The translations under genes and the position numbers were made by a program. Source: Cyanophora paradoxa CCMP329 (Eukaryota; Plantae; Glaucophyta). From it: a DNA stretch of 64,000 bases. Location of the stretch: positions 288,164-352,163 of the forward strand of contig QPMI01000423.1 of assembly GCA_004431415.1 (NCBI GenBank), read 5' to 3'. Below, in pieces: positions 36,001 to 49,718 of this stretch (position 1 is its first letter; each line of letters opens with the position of its first letter). Under the pieces are notes generated by a model. That model was not told where the DNA came from. It did not search any database and was given only the letters and a program-made list of their open reading frames with translations.

Positions 36001-39000
36001 TGAGCAGGGCGACGGCGCCGCCCTCCTGCGCGTCGTTGCGGATGAAGGAGCTCGAGGCAAACCGGACGGTGCAGCGCTTGTCGGCGTCGACCAGAAGCGC
36101 GCCGCCCGCTAAGCCCGCCGAGTTGCCGCGGAAAGTGACTCCAGTGGCCGCCAGGTCGAGCTGCGAGAAGACATGTGTAAATTCAAACAGTGGTCATGGC
36201 AAGCGATCTCATGATCACGGGGCAAGCTCATGATCGAGAGGAGAGGCAATTGCAAATATGTGTGGCGCATGTGCGACTGTGGCGCATGTGCGACTGTGGC
36301 GCATAGTAAAGTGAGCCGAACCTGCGAGACGACGAGCGCGCCGCCCGAGGCGCTTGCAGCGTTGTCCAGGAACGAGACACCCTCCATGCGCGCCGGCGTC
36401 GCGGCCGTCCCGTCCGTGGCGAGTCGCACGGCGCCGCCCTTGGCGCCCGAGTTCTTTGCGAAAGAGGTGCGTGCGATGACGGAGGCGGCCGGCCCCGACA
36501 GGTGCGCGTCGATGGCTCCGCCGTCCGTGACGCGGCCGGCGTCGACGTCGGCGGGCCAGCCGTTCGACGCGAACTCAGACTCCTCGACGAACAGAGTCTG
36601 CGCCCAGACGGAGAGGGCCCCGCCGCGCTGGGCCACGTTGCCCGTGAATGTCGAGCCCTGGACCGAAACCAGCGAGGCCGTTTCGGCCCAGATGGCGCCG
36701 CCGCCACGCATCTGCCCGCCCCCGAACTGCGTCTCGACGTTCTTCGAGAAGGTCGAGTTTTGGACGAGGAGGGACGCCGCGAGACCGTCCTTCCCTTCGA
36801 AGCTCACCGCCCCGCCGCCGCCAAAGCTCGGGAAAACGGCGCCCGCGTTGTCCACCACATTCCTCTCGAAGGTGCAGAAGTGCATCGCGGCGTTGGGGAC
36901 CTGCACGGCCGCGATGGCGCCGCCCTTGACAAGCGCCGCGTTGCTCACGAAGCGAGCGCGCCACACAGTAAAGTTCTGGATGCCGACGGCGAGGAGGGCG
37001 CCGCCGCCCTCCGCGCGGGGCGCAGCGACCTCCTTGAAGGCCTGGCCCCGGTCCGCGTTCCCCTCGAACTCGCTGTCCTCGAAGGAGGCCGCAGCGAGGT
37101 TGGCGACGTACGCCGCCCCGCCGCCCGCGTGCCCGAGCACCTCCGCGCTGGCTGCGGCGGAGCAGGCAGAGAAGCGCGCGCCGTTGAACGTCGCGCTGCT
37201 GTCGATCCCTGCGCCTTCTGCGGCGCCCAGCAGGAAGAGGCAGCCGCCGGCCCCACCGCCGGCGAAAGGTGCACCGGTGGCGTTGCAGGCGGAGAGGTCG
37301 AGGGAGTGAGCGGTGAAGGCGCCCGCGAGGTCGCGCACCGCGAGGCAGCCGCCGTTGCCCTTGATGGCGCGGCTGCCCCGCACGCTCACCCCCCGCAGGC
37401 TCACGCTGCCGACGAGGCTCACGCTCACGCTGCCGCCGTCGCCGGCCGCCTCGTCCCCTTCGAAGGAGCAGCCCTCGAGGCGCACCTCCCGGACGTCCGA
37501 CGCCTGGAGGGAGCCGCCGGGGACCCCCGGAGACGCGACGCGGTTGCCGGCGAAGCGCGAGGCGCGGATGGAAAGGGACTCGGCGTTGGCGACGGTGACG
37601 CCCGCGCCGTTGGGGCTGCCCAGGAAGAACAGCGCGGCCATGGCGGCGACTTCGTTGTCCTCGACGCGGACGTTCTCGAGGGACACGCGTCCCGCGCGGC
37701 CGCTCGGCACGCCCTGCACCGCCAGCGCCCCCGTCGACGAAGAAGCCGCCGCCGCTTTCGAGGACGCGCCCACGAGGACCACGTCGCGCGCCGTGAACGG
37801 CCCCGCGAGGTTCGAGACGGCGAGGCCGCCCGTCGCCTGCACGTCGCCAGCGTCGTTCTCGACCACGATGGCGCGGACGGTGGCGGAGCCGATGGCGTGC
37901 AGAGAGGCAGCCCCGCCCGCACAGGACTCCAGGCGCAGCCCCTCGATATCCACCTCTGTGAGGAACAGACGATATTAGGCGCCGCGAAATGGAAAATAAG
38001 GCACTGAGGCGGCTGCTCCATCACCTAGGGCGGCCATGGCGGGGTCGTTGACATCCTCGGGGCCGGCGGCGAAAAGGGCCCCAGGCGCCGCCAGCGGGTA
38101 GCCGTAGGGCGCCGCCCGGTCGCGGGCCAGGCAGCGCGTGCAGTTGACGTCGCGGAGGGCGAGGCGACGGGCGATGGGGCGGAGGAGGAGCCCGCCCGCG
38201 GCGCTCGCGTTGGTCCCAGCGCTGGCAACGGAGACGGCGGAAAGAGTGATGCTCTCGGCCAGTGCGACTTCGAGGGGCCCGCCGGGCTCCTCCACACGGA
38301 CGCGCTCGAAGGCGACCGAGGCCGCCCCGGGGGCCCGCCCCTCTACGAGCACCGAGGCGACCGAGCTCGAGGACCCCGCCGCGCCCGGGTGCACGCATCG
38401 GGCGAAATCAGTGTCGGACACGGCGACAGTGCCGGCGGGGGCGGCGACGTCGCGGATCGCGAGGCAGCCGCCCGCGCTGGCGACATTCGGGGAGGAGGAG
38501 TCGAAGGAGGAGCGGGCGAGGGCGACGCGGGCGGGGCCCGTGACGGCGAGCGGACCGCCCGCATCCACGAAGCGGAGGAGGTCAAAGGAGAGGAGGGGCG
38601 CGGCGGGCGGGGCGGCGGCAGTGACGCCGAAAGCGGCGGTGGAGGGGCCGCGGAAGCGTCCTGACACGCAGCGGGAGAAGGTGGAGGCGGAGGCTTCCAA
38701 AGAGGACGCCAGAAACGGGACGGAGACACAGCCGGCGGCGGCGGGCGAGTCCGAGTCAAAGAGGAGGGCGGAGAGCGTGACGTCACGGGCGTGCGCGAGG
38801 GCCAGGCCGGCCCCCGCGTACCCCACGAAGGTGCTCGACTTGATGGCCGCCCGCAGGCTGCTGCTGCCGCCGTTGGGTGCGCTGCCGGCGACGTCGATGG
38901 CGCCGCCGGCGCCGGAGGAGGAGCAGCGGGCGAAGGATGACTCAAAGATGGTGACAGAGCGAACAACACCGGACAAAAAGACGCAGCCACCAGAGCCTGG

Positions 39001-42000
39001 ATACAAAGAGGATTAGCATTGATGGCAAGTAAAGTAGATTTACTGAGGTTAGCTGGCAAGTCGAGCCCCAATTTTCGCAGTCCGAATGTGATCCAAGCTT
39101 AAGTCGCCTTGTGCTAGAATACCCGTTTCGCAAACAAGCCCGGCGCGGCAGATATCTATCTTAGCATATGCATATTTATGCGATCCCGATCGTGCCGACG
39201 CGAGAAATCGGCCAAGACGGGTTTTAGGCAACAGCGTCTGCTCTCTTACCGAGGGCGGCAGTGCCGCCGGCGATGCTGACGGAGACGAGCGCGACGTCAG
39301 TGGCGTTGATGATGGCGACGCTGCCTCCGTGCACGGCGCTCCAGTCGCCGGAAAAGCTTGTGCGCTCGATCCGCACGCGCCCGACGCGGGCGGCATGCAG
39401 AGAGCCACCCCCCGCCATTGGCAGGGCGCTGTCGGGTGGCAAGGCCTCCGGGGCAAAGGAGTTGCCAGCAAAAACGGAGTCGCGGACGATCAGCTCGGCG
39501 ACGTTGCGGACGGCAAGAGCGCCGCCACCACCGCCGCCGCCAGCGCCGGAGGCCGCGCCTGGGGCGAGCGTGCAATTCGTGAAGTTGAGGCGCTCGATGA
39601 GGACGGCGGCGCGTCCGACGGCGGCGCTGCTGAAGACGAGGAGCGAGCCGCCCTCGCGCTCGCCGGAGCGGCTGTTGGCGAAGGAGAGGTCGCGCACGAT
39701 GAAGGTCCCCGCGAAGTCGCCCAGGTCGATGCTCACCACGCGGCCTCGCCCCACCGAGTCGACCACGCTGTAGCGCGCCCCCGACAGGCCGCGCCAGGTG
39801 ACGTTGGCCCCCGCCGGCAGGTCGGTGGGCATGCGGAAGGTGACGTTCGCGTTCTTGTCCTCGTTGCTGCGGTCGCCGGCCGGCAGAGCGACGATGCGGC
39901 CGGGCATGAGGACGATCTGGACGCTCCCGTTCCGCTGCTTCTGGAAAGCGTCGAAGGCAGTGTCCAGGGTCTTCGCGGGCGAGCTGTAGGACCCGACGCG
40001 CATCGTCTTCGTCGTCGCTCCTGGAACCGCGAACGACCCCACGAAGAGCGTTGTCGCCGCCTCGGCCCCTCCGGGAGCCTGCAGGGGGCAGTAGGCTGGC
40101 GTGCCGTCGGGGTAGAAGCCATCGGCGCCCGAGGCGACGGGGTCGGGCATCGCCCCGCAGTCCGAGTCGTAGCAGCCCGCCCCGCAGTCGCAACCGTCCA
40201 TCGCACCGCGCCCACCGTTGCCGCCCCATCGGCACAAGCTTAAGGCAGCGCCGCCGGTGCTGTCACTGGACAGGGGGATGGGGACGAGGGGCTGCCAGTA
40301 GGTGAATTCGACGGGCGGGCGGCTCATGTCGGGCGGCTCCGAGGATGTGCTGGAGACGAAGATAGGGAACGAGCCCGTGTCGCTGTGCGGGCCCGTCTGC
40401 ACCACGAAGACCACAGCGCGCTCTAATGGCACCGGCGTGGCGCTGCTGAGGGCGTACAGTGTCGTTCGGTTCGTCTCGGACCAGCCGAGCACCTCCGCAG
40501 GGGCAGTATCAACGAAGATTTGCATCGTCTGTGTGGTGCTATGCAGCAGGTGGGACCCCCAGACGAGCATGAAAGTGCCTCCTGAAATCGGCCCGTCGCA
40601 TCTGTCGACCGTTGCGTTGGCCAGCGCGGCTGCTGCAGTGAAGGGCCCGGTGTAGTCGGCCGCAAAGCACGTCACGCGGTCGATACCGCTATAAGAGACT
40701 CCATGGTGCAGCGTGCTTATACCAAAGGTGGCAGAGTTGACAACAACGTCACCGCTCCCCGACCCGACGCTCCCGAAGGCGCTGCCGATGAAGAGGAAGA
40801 GGGTTGTCTGATTATCCGTGCCGACGTCGCACGCAACCAGGTCCTCGCCTTCTACCAAAACGCCGGCCATCCGCACCCAGAGCACGTCCGCCAGGCCCGA
40901 CGCGAAGGCCGTGCCCGTGATGGCGACCAGGTCGCCACCGTGAACGCTCACGTAGCGCGGCTCAACGAGGTCTATGCCCGTGAGAAGGAAGTGCAGGACG
41001 CGGTCTGGGTCGATGTCCACCCGCACTCCGTCAAAGAAGAGCTCCAAGGGCACTGCGTACATGTGGCCTTGCAGTCAGCCACGGCCGGCACATTGCAGCA
41101 TGCGGTAAGGGCCAGAGCAACTGTGCACCAGGTCCGGTGCTGCAGGCGCGCGCGTTGGGCGTGACGCCAAACACGCGTGTGAGGGACTGCGCATGCGTTG
41201 CATTGAACTCCTTGGAAACGATGCGTAGAGGAGCCCCACAGAGGGAGATGGTGAACTCCTCCGCGACGGGCAGGCGCCCCGTCACAGTAACGCTGACACC
41301 GCCCTCGATGGGTCCCTCGGCGGGCTCAATGCTTTCCAGTGTGACCGAAGAGAAGGCCGCCGGCTTTGCGTACAGCCCGCGGCTGAGGGTCTGCACCCGG
41401 AGTGTGAAGACACCGACAACGTTTGGCGGGGTTAGCAAGACAATCTGCGAGGACGACACGATTGAGATCGAGTTGATATCCACCGCCAGAGTCGTCACGT
41501 CGTTTGCAAAGACCACAGCGTGGCAGAAACTGGGGGAGCCCGGCGGGCAGGCAAAGTCACTCAGGTTGCGCGCGGGATCAACAAGCGAGTGACCCGTGAC
41601 AGTGATGCGCTGGCGGCCAAGGGAGCTGCCGTAGGCTGGGGTGAGCCGGTCAATGACACCAGGTGCTTCGAAACTGTACGCCATGGGCGCGAAAGCACAT
41701 CCGTAGCGGCGTGAGCACGTCTCAACATCACAAAGGCCGGTTGGCCGCGGCACATCCGACTCCGGAGTAGTCACAACGATGCTCCCGTCGGGATTGTACG
41801 CGTAAACGTAGGATCGGGCAGAGAGCGTCTCGTTGCAGATGCGGACCGTCGCAAGGTCGGCAGGGTCCCCGAGATCCGACAGCCGCTTTCCGAACACCGT
41901 GAAGGTGTGTCCTCCCCAGACCGGCCCGCGAGGAGCCGCGAAGGGCCCAAAGCCAGTGATCGCGGGGGCCTCGTTGTACGTGTAACTGCCGCTCAGCGTT

Positions 42001-45000
42001 GCGTGGCCTCGGCTGACGGAAAAGATAGTGACAGGCACGAGCCCGGCGGCATGCGGAGGCGTCGCGACGCGGATGTAATTGTCTGTTTGGCCATTCTCTC
42101 CATCTAAGATGACGGCCTCGGCGTCTCCGAACCAGACCGTGACAACGTCTCGGTCCACGCCAAGATTGAAGACATTGATTTGCACAAAGAAGTCGTGAAT
42201 AGTGCCGTTGCGCGGTCCGTCGCGGGGCTCAATGGATGCGATCATCTGTGGAGGTGTCAGGGAACAACGTTAGCACGAACTGCAAGCCAGCTGCAGTACT
42301 AGTGGGCTGCTAGCGCTGCGCATGCGCCAACGCAGACGTGCCATCACAGGGTTGTATAGGTAGCCGTTTTGCAAGGAAGAGTCTCCGAAAAACCGGCTAG
42401 AGATGTGAATGTTGGTCCAATCTTCAGACTCGCCCTGCTGCGTGTAGGCTCCCGCCTCGGCGATGATCACCGTATCGTTCTTGGACAGGATGCGTGCCAC
42501 TTCGACACCCGAAAGCTGGACCTGTACATCCGGGCCTACTTCAGCACTGTGCGCGCAAGCGTGCATGATACATGATAGGTCACCTGAGTTATGTCCTCGC
42601 CGGAGACGTGACCGAGGGCGGTTCCGCGGATAGTTACAATGTTGCCGCCTTCACGCGGCCCGTAGCGGGGCGTTGCAGAGGCAATGGCGCCGATCCGAAG
42701 GATCGAGAGTTGCCTCACGAAATGGTTATCGGCGTGAATGAGCTGCGGACGCGGTCAGACTACGCCACATCCAATGAGATCATGCGAACAACTCATGATC
42801 AAAGTATTGCACCATCTTGCCGTACATGCGGTCGAAGCCGGAGTACATGCGGGCGGCAAGGAAAGCCCGCCACGACGGGCTGACGTGGCGCCTCTCCACC
42901 GAGACGAGGTAGTCGGGCACAAGTACATCGCGGAGAATGACCGCGTCATTCTTCTCGACAGTCACGAGCGCCCCGCGGGACGTGATTCCCGCAGGGCGAA
43001 CTGTAACCGAGAAGGTGCGGAAGAGGACCTTGTCTCGCAGCGACAAGTCCGGCACCAAAGCAACCCACCGGCCTCGGAAACGGAGGCCGATGGCGGGTGC
43101 GTACTCGGGATCCCTTGATTTGTTGTACATAAATTCGTTGGAGAGGTGCGTGACGATGACCAGCGCGAGGCCGTCGTCGGCGCCCAGCTCACCTCGGAAG
43201 CCCGTGTCGACGTCGGCTTCGATGTCAGGGCCCGGATCGGCCTGCACGGGATCGCCCAGAGAAAACGAGAGGCCCTCTCCGCCCGTAATTTCTACATCTG
43301 TGCGGCCGCCAGATGGCAACTTTCCACCTATATGCATCAAGCCGGACGGCTGAACGGGTCCGCCTCCGAGAAGGACTTCAAAGGATGCGCGGAAAAATGG
43401 CGGGGGCGGGAACATTATAACGGCGGCATTGGAGCCATTGCGCATAGCATCCACGTTTGTAAGTTCCAAGCGTTGGTTAGCAAGCACACTTCGACCCATC
43501 AGCTGCGACGACGTTAACATCCACCATTAGAGATGACAACGGTAACGTTAACGGGACCGCAGCCGGGGCGAGCTTTCGCACCTGGACGATGCCGTTAATG
43601 GCTCCTTCGACTGAAAAATCCGTCATAACAAGCTGCGGCAGAATACGGAGATTAGGTCGCCGGGAGGGCGGATCTTGAGGCATGCGCAGCGAGCTGGGCG
43701 CACGACATTGGAGTCCGGGGCCCCCTCCCACGCGAGAGAGAAGCCCCAGGTGCCGGTCGCCACGGCACTGGCGTTCACGGCCGACACGTTGCACGTGAAC
43801 GCGATGAAGATGGAGGTTCTCGCTATGAGGCGCTCTGGCACGGCGGGGCCCCGCGTCTCCAGGATGAGCGCCGCCGATCGGTCTCCGCCATCGTATATCT
43901 GCAGAAGGTCGCTCCCAGGGTCCAGCGTCGTGCGCTCGAATCGGACGAGGTTGGGGCCAACGCCGGGCTGGATGACCTGCGCAGCGCGCGCGGGCGTCGG
44001 CACGCGTTTCATGATCACGGTATCGCCCGCATATGCATTCCGATCCCATGCATGATTGATCGTGAAACGGACCCAGTCGCGGTACCCGCTGGCGACATCC
44101 GACGCGGCGCGCAACTCGATCGTGCCAGTCGCATCGCTGATAACGCTGCACGCAGCCCAGCGAAGACGGAATCCCCGCTCGGTCTCTTTCAAGGATTGAA
44201 ATTCTTGCAATTGCACGGGTATGATCATAAGAGACGCGTGTGCAAGAAACGCGAAATCACACTAAACTTACCGTCTGTCTTGAATTTCACGATAACAGAT
44301 GTGGCGTTAACGACGAAAGGGCTGGGGACTGTAGTGCCGCCGGAGCTGGGCAACGAGGGGAACGAAGACGGCTCTGAGAAGACGATCTCGCCTGTGTCTC
44401 CGTTGAATATCTCTAGGCGGTCCCCGCTGAAAGGCTGAACATCTGGGGCGGCCGCTCAAAGTTAACACGCCCCCGGCCCGCAATTCCGGCCGCGGGGGAC
44501 ATGCATGCAGAAATACGGACCGAAGACGAAAAAAAAGATCTCGATAGGCCCGCCGCAGGCCGGTGCGATGTTCCACGTCAAATCCCTATTCTTTGGATAA
44601 ATCACGTCCTGCGGCCGCCACCCGCCGCCGTCATTAACAGTTGAAACAATGCATGCACACTTGCATGCGCAGTCGTGGAAGTCTTCACACTGACCGTCAC
44701 ACCATCGTCGCCATACGAGCAGTCGGTGATGAGCCCCGCGCGCGAGCGGAGGTAGGGATTACAGCCCGGGTCGGTTGGCGGCTTGACCTCACCCCCCCCT
44801 ACGAATGTCGTGGTGTAGCGGCAGTAGATGCCGCTCATAGAAATAGCAGGGTCCGCATACAGCTTCACCGTCACAAAGCGGCCTGTGCTTTCGACTAGCC
44901 GTGATTCCTCCGGCAGGGTACCCGAGCTCGGCGGTAGCAGCTGTTCCCCGTACGCGTGGTCAGGCAACTGGCACAGCGACAGCGGCCGCGACGTCACGCA

Positions 45001-47837
45001 CGATGCCTGAGCCATCTGTTCCCGCTGCATCATACACGGTTACGAAGTCGTAATCTTGCTCCGTCTCGAAGAAAAGGAACTCTGGAGTGCCGGTCAGTCC
45101 ATTGTAAGGAGCTCGAGCAGAAGGGAACAGGGGAGGCCAACGGAGGGGCCCGCGCGCTGGGAGTTCATGCATATATATGTATATATATATACGATCATTG
45201 TAATATGGAAACAAAGCAAACCCAGATTGACGATGTATCCCTCGGGTGCGGAGATCATCCATAAGTAGGTTTTATATTCCCCGTACATGCCGCTGCAGTC
45301 CCGCGTGACGTTGTCGTACGTGCACGTGCCGAATTCGCCCGACGGGTCCGTGAGCAAGACAGTCCCTGTACATGTCTCTCGTCAGGCTGGCGGCGTTGGG
45401 CAGGCACGTGCAGGAGAAACGCCGCACCGTCAGCCCCGCCGGCGGACCCATCATCCACGACGCGCCACGAGACACGGTAATAATCCTTGCGGGTTGCAGC
45501 GGTCCAGTTAGCCCCAGGCTCCGGGTAGAGCCAACTGCGCCGCGCAGCCTGCGTGTCAGCGCCACGCGTGCAACCTCGGCAGAATCAGAGAAGGCAGGGC
45601 GCGCAGATAGATTACGGCGATGTTGCCGTTGCCTTTGATGGTTGGAATCGTTAGCGTGCTGTGATGAACGGCGCCGGGTTTGATCCAAAAGCCATCGTGG
45701 AAAAAAACATCGTTCGGCGAACAGCTTGAGTGCACTTGGACCTGCCATTCAGTTAGTGGAGGCGTTGGAACAGGGGATTCTATTGCATGGATCCCAACTC
45801 CCTCCCACAGATTAATATTGGGTCATGGCTTCAGCTGAAAGCTTAAAGACGCGGTTTGGTGCACGACGCACTTGAGGCCAGACGTTTATGCTGTTGAATC
45901 TGTTGATAGTTGAGATCGTGATCTCGACTGGACCCGCAGGCGCCGCAACGACGATGAGTGCCTGCCGCAAGCAGGACAGGCAGAAACAGTCAAGACACCA
46001 TCTACTCCGCTTCTTATTGGCGTGCGGCTTCTTTAATTTATAGCAGGATTCAATATCCTCAATCACGGAGTATTAGTAAACACCATCGAAAAGAAAACGA
46101 TATCGATTGCACAGCTTACTGAGCTATTATAGAAGAAATCGCGGCTCGTATACGTGCACATGCCCATGCGATCGCCAATGTCCCCTGAGCAGTTGTATAT
46201 GGCCTTGATATATTCGAACGCGTAAGGTCCTGTGTAGGGGGTATAATGCCCTGACGATGCCAAGGTTCATGACCAGGTACACGACGACCAGACGCGTCAA
46301 CAGCAAGTAAGCACCTCTAAAAATGTTCCACATGTTGAGGCAGGTGGGGTCTGGAGGGGCGTAGCCCGGTATGCGCGGCGGCACCGCGGGCGACCCCGAC
46401 CGAGGCGTGTTGGGGCACACGCGCGTTCCGGTGGAGGCTGCGGCAGCTCCCTGCGCCGCCGCGTACGCTCCGCCGTAGTAGCGGAGGGAGAAGCCGCCCG
46501 GTCGGAAGGCGAGGATCGTGAGGCTGAGATTCAAACTGGTTGCCAGGGGCTCGTGCAGGACGCAGGGGGTCAGAACCTCCCCCGACAGGGGCCCGCGGAT
46601 GTAGCGGGGGGCCAGCGGGGCGCCCTCTGCGTCCACTCCTGCGAACGTGAGCTGCGAAGAGGCGTGAGTCGACGTCCTCGCCCGAGCGCGGGAAGGTCTA
46701 GAGACGGACCACGAGCATATCCGCAAAGGTGAGGTCCGCGTAATCGAACCGCACTAGAATTCCCGCGGCCGGAGGCGAAAACATCCTGTGCAGGCGTGAG
46801 GGTGGAGCGGGGCGCGGGCGCCAAGCTCGAGGGCCGGGCGGCGCGGGTGCCGCAGCGCACCAGTCGACAGTAGAGAGAGCAGGCAGGCCATCTCCGCGGA
46901 GTTCGAGCGTACCGTTGTCGGCCGCGAGCGGGCACGGATCGGGACCTGCACAGAATCCTGGCGACAGCATGCATAAGACAATCGCGAGTGGACTCCCAGC
47001 TCGATGCAAAGCGAGCAGCGCAGGGCAGCATTTGGCACCGGAGTCGGCCCCGCAGGTCCACGCAAAGCTCACGTTGTACGAGGTTACGTTGTCCCCCTTC
47101 ACGCTGAGAAGCCAGACCCGCACCGATGCCACGTCTGCACTACGGCCCGCCAGCACCATCAAGGGCAGGCCCGCCGTCGACGGCACGTCGTTCGGCACGG
47201 TGCCCAATGGCACTTCTGTCCCGTCCGACAGCACGTCGTTGATCTTGTCACGGCGCGATCAGCATTAATTACACAGTCTTTTGAATAACAACGGCGAGAG
47301 CGGGGGCCGCACCGACAGATCGTGCCATGGGTCCAGGGACAAGGAAGTGAAGCGAACGGCGCAAGGGAAGGCGGACGGCGTGATTGTCCTGCAACGGCAA
47401 GGGGCGCACGCGCAGCTCAAACGAAGCCAACATCGTTAAACGGCGCTCTCCCCTTCCGCGCTTCAGCTCGCACCAGTCGGCGGGGTCGGTGTCTAGGTCC
47501 GTCGGCGTATAAACGATCGTCTGCACGCCCGCGTCCGTGGTACAGTCGAACGAGGCCGTGCCGAGCGCCGCGCAATCCCCATAAGCTTCGCGTGGCAATG
47601 ATCAGCGTCAAATTTCATATGTATATATATATATATATTGGGCGAGCTTAAGCTTGCAATTGCAGTTGAGCCGCTAATTGGTGCTACTGGCGCCGGCCAT
47701 GGCGGGGGTTGCTCACCGTTTATCTGCGCGGCGACCGAGGAGAGCGCAAGGCAGAGCACCACGCCAAGCAGGATTCGGAGGCGCCACCTCCCGCTGGCCC
47801 CACGCCGATGGGGCTCCCGGTCCAGAGCTCCGCCCAT
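30044..47837 (-). CDS. Giant multi-domain surface/membrane protein: signal peptide, CUB-like repeats, L-type-lectin-like domain, several IPT/TIG domains, Pmp-like GGA(I/L/V)/FxxN beta-helix repeats, Cys-rich (GCC/ephrin-receptor-like) region, multi-pass TM domain and cytoplasmic tail; spliced
   Basis: Signal peptide ILLGVVLCLALSSVAAQ. CUB-like LWMISAPEGYIVNL...FETEQDYDFVTVYD and DLLQIYDG. Lectin-like GGEGLSFSLG/DDGLAL. IPT-like PRYGPREGGNIVTIRG, IEPAEGPIEGGVSVTVTG, PRYVSVHGGDLVAITG. Many GGA(I/L/V) and F..N motifs at 34-40 kb. CPPGTYS...CRACPTGASC...GFW and CTEGYNGNLCTVC. TM segments with FSCRDL...YLQQDMKVDC, FLYRGYK, YWECVVIVRK. A single-gene interpretation is plausible, but not every junction was checked. 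Confidence 0.75.
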
Positions 47838-48424
47838 GCAAGCCTAGACCTCCGCAAGTTCGCCACTTGCAATACTGGGCATTCGTCCAGAACAACCCTG
47901 TTCCAGTCCCCGGCCCGGGACACCCGGCTGCAGATGGGTGATGAAAAGCGAGTCGTCCGCCAGCTGCAGCTGCAGGCTGCGTCGAGTTCCCCTCCGGCGT
48001 CTTAACGTGCGGCCGCGGTATCCAGCGATACGTATACGTATCGTGCACCGCGCCGTCTCACACCGCGGCACGTCCGCGTGCACGCTTCCATCGCATGGCC
48101 AGGGCTGAGCGCATCTCAGAGTCTGGCGCGTATGGAGGAGAGAGCACCACGGCCGCCGCAAGGGCTGCGATCGCGAGCTGAATGTGATGTATACGTATAC
48201 GCTGCGTTGGCCCAGTGGAGAAACTTCGATGCTTCAGACCAAGTTGACGCTCTAGATCCGCGTCTGCTGTTATGCCGCGCGCAGTGCTTCGCCGAACTTC
48301 AGAACTGCGCATGCCATGATGCCGCAGGCGTGCCGCGAATTACCGCTGCTGCCAGGCTGCTACTCAGCTGCATGTACGGCTGCTCCGCCGGAGGCTTTGG
48401 TCCGGCCGCACGTGCACGGGAGCC

Positions 48425-48467
48425 GTCGGGAGTCGGGACTCGGGAGTCGGGACTCGGGACTCGGGAG
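48425..48467 (+). repeat. 7-bp tandem repeat TCGGGA(G/C) x6
   Basis: tcgggagtcgggactcgggagtcgggactcgggactcgggag. Confidence 0.85.
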
Positions 48468-48613
48468 GAAGCCTCAGCAGGGGCTCTCGGAAGCAGGGTA
48501 CACGTGCTTCAGCAACAGCTCGAGCGCGTACCTCGAGGGGCTCCAATCGCTAATTGACCGTAAAAAGAATCATTGAATTCGAAAGACGCAGGCTCACGCA
48601 GCCCATTGCCAAA

Positions 48614-49376
48614 TCTACTAGGGAGTAGTAGGGACCTACTACTATGGTTCTAGGTAGCTGCATCATCAGCCTGCATGACTGGCATTGACTGCTTTTCATG
48701 ACGCCATAATTGACGACGATTCAGTTTTTACTCCCCGGAGTTTTCTTTCGGTTTTTCTTTTGAGCTCCGCGCCATTGGTCCACTTCTTTCTTCGCCCCCC
48801 TAGACTCTATAATGGGTACCGTAGAGCAGGAAAATAGTGGGCCGGAAATTAGTGGACTAGAAAACTTGGTCCTCCCTTATATTAATTAGGCAAAATACTG
48901 GAGCCCGAAATTAGTGGACCAAAATCTTGTACATGTTCGGCTTGTATGGGGCGGTAATACTGGGGGGTAGTGTATGGGGCAGCTTAGCAGCTGGGAAATA
49001 CTGGAGCCCGAAATTAGTGGACTGACTCAAGTTTTCGGTCCACTAATTTCGGGCTCCACTAATTTTCTGCGTCCAGTATTTTCCTGCTCTACGGTACTTT
49101 ACACTTTCAATCGTGTTTGTTTCATATTCCGCGTTTTTTCGAATTCCACCCGGTGCGGCGGTGAGTCGGTGACCTGTAATGAAAAAAATTGCCAAGTTCC
49201 TGTCACGATTCCACGATTCCGGGGATCCTAGGCCTGTGCGGCTGTTGCCTCTCAGTGTTTAGCCGCCGCGGCGCTGTCACAGTGTGTGCGGGCCACAGTG
49301 CGGCGCGCTAGCTATGTATGGCAAATTTCAGCTATTTTTTGAGAGACTACGGTAGGGCGAACCCCCCGTATACTAG
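48614..49376 (+). mobile_element. Non-autonomous Helitron-like element
   Basis: 5' end A|TCTACTAG. 3' end is an imperfect hairpin TACGG(TA)GGG-CGAA-CCC(C)CCGTA, then TA-CTAG|T. It sits between A and T in an AT-rich site (ccaaA|Ttaaaa) with no TSD. The 5' boundary is inferred. Confidence 0.6.
48819..49094. mobile_element. 276-bp MITE, Tc1/mariner/pogo-type (TA target duplication)
   Basis: TA|CCGTAGAGCAGGAAAATA ... TATTTTCCTGCTCTACGG|TA forms a perfect 18-bp TIR. Internal subterminal repeats (GAAATTAGTGGA) occur in both orientations. Confidence 0.85.
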
Positions 49377-49667
49377 TTAAAAGACAACAAAGCAATCGCA
49401 AATCAAAGAAGTCGCAAGCTTAAGCAGGCGCATGTACAGCACGTACACGTACACTAGAACTAGCAGCCGCAGAGCCAGAGCTCGAGACAAGAGACGAAGT
49501 GGGAACAGTAACGGACGAAGAAGATGAAGCAGCTGGATGTGTATATATGTGAACTAGATAGATCGAGGCACCAGCCTGGCAGCTGTGGATCAGGCAAAAC
49601 AAGCGACGACTGAAGACTGACTTGCGGCACCGTAGATGCTAAAAGCTTTAAGTAGAGGAGAGGAATC

Positions 49668-49718
49668 AGCCTCTGGTCTCAATTCTGACCGAAGGGAAGA
49701 AGAGACCAGAGGCTCTAG
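49668..49718 (+). mobile_element. Second Helitron-like 3' terminus (long hairpin + CTAG|T)
   Basis: AGCCTCTGGTCTC...GAGACCAGAGGCT is a 13-bp perfect stem directly followed by CTAG then T. The 5' end was not identified. Confidence 0.5.

Noticed and set aside
36230-40243. Long plus-strand ORFs (e.g. 36502..38007, 39329..40243)
   Set aside because: They are antisense shadows of the GC-rich beta-helix exons of the minus-strand giant gene.
45743-45871. Apparent in-frame TGA (pseudogene or readthrough) in the giant gene
   Set aside because: A longer intron ending at a CTAAC branch point plus TGGCAG acceptor removes the stop and keeps the frame.
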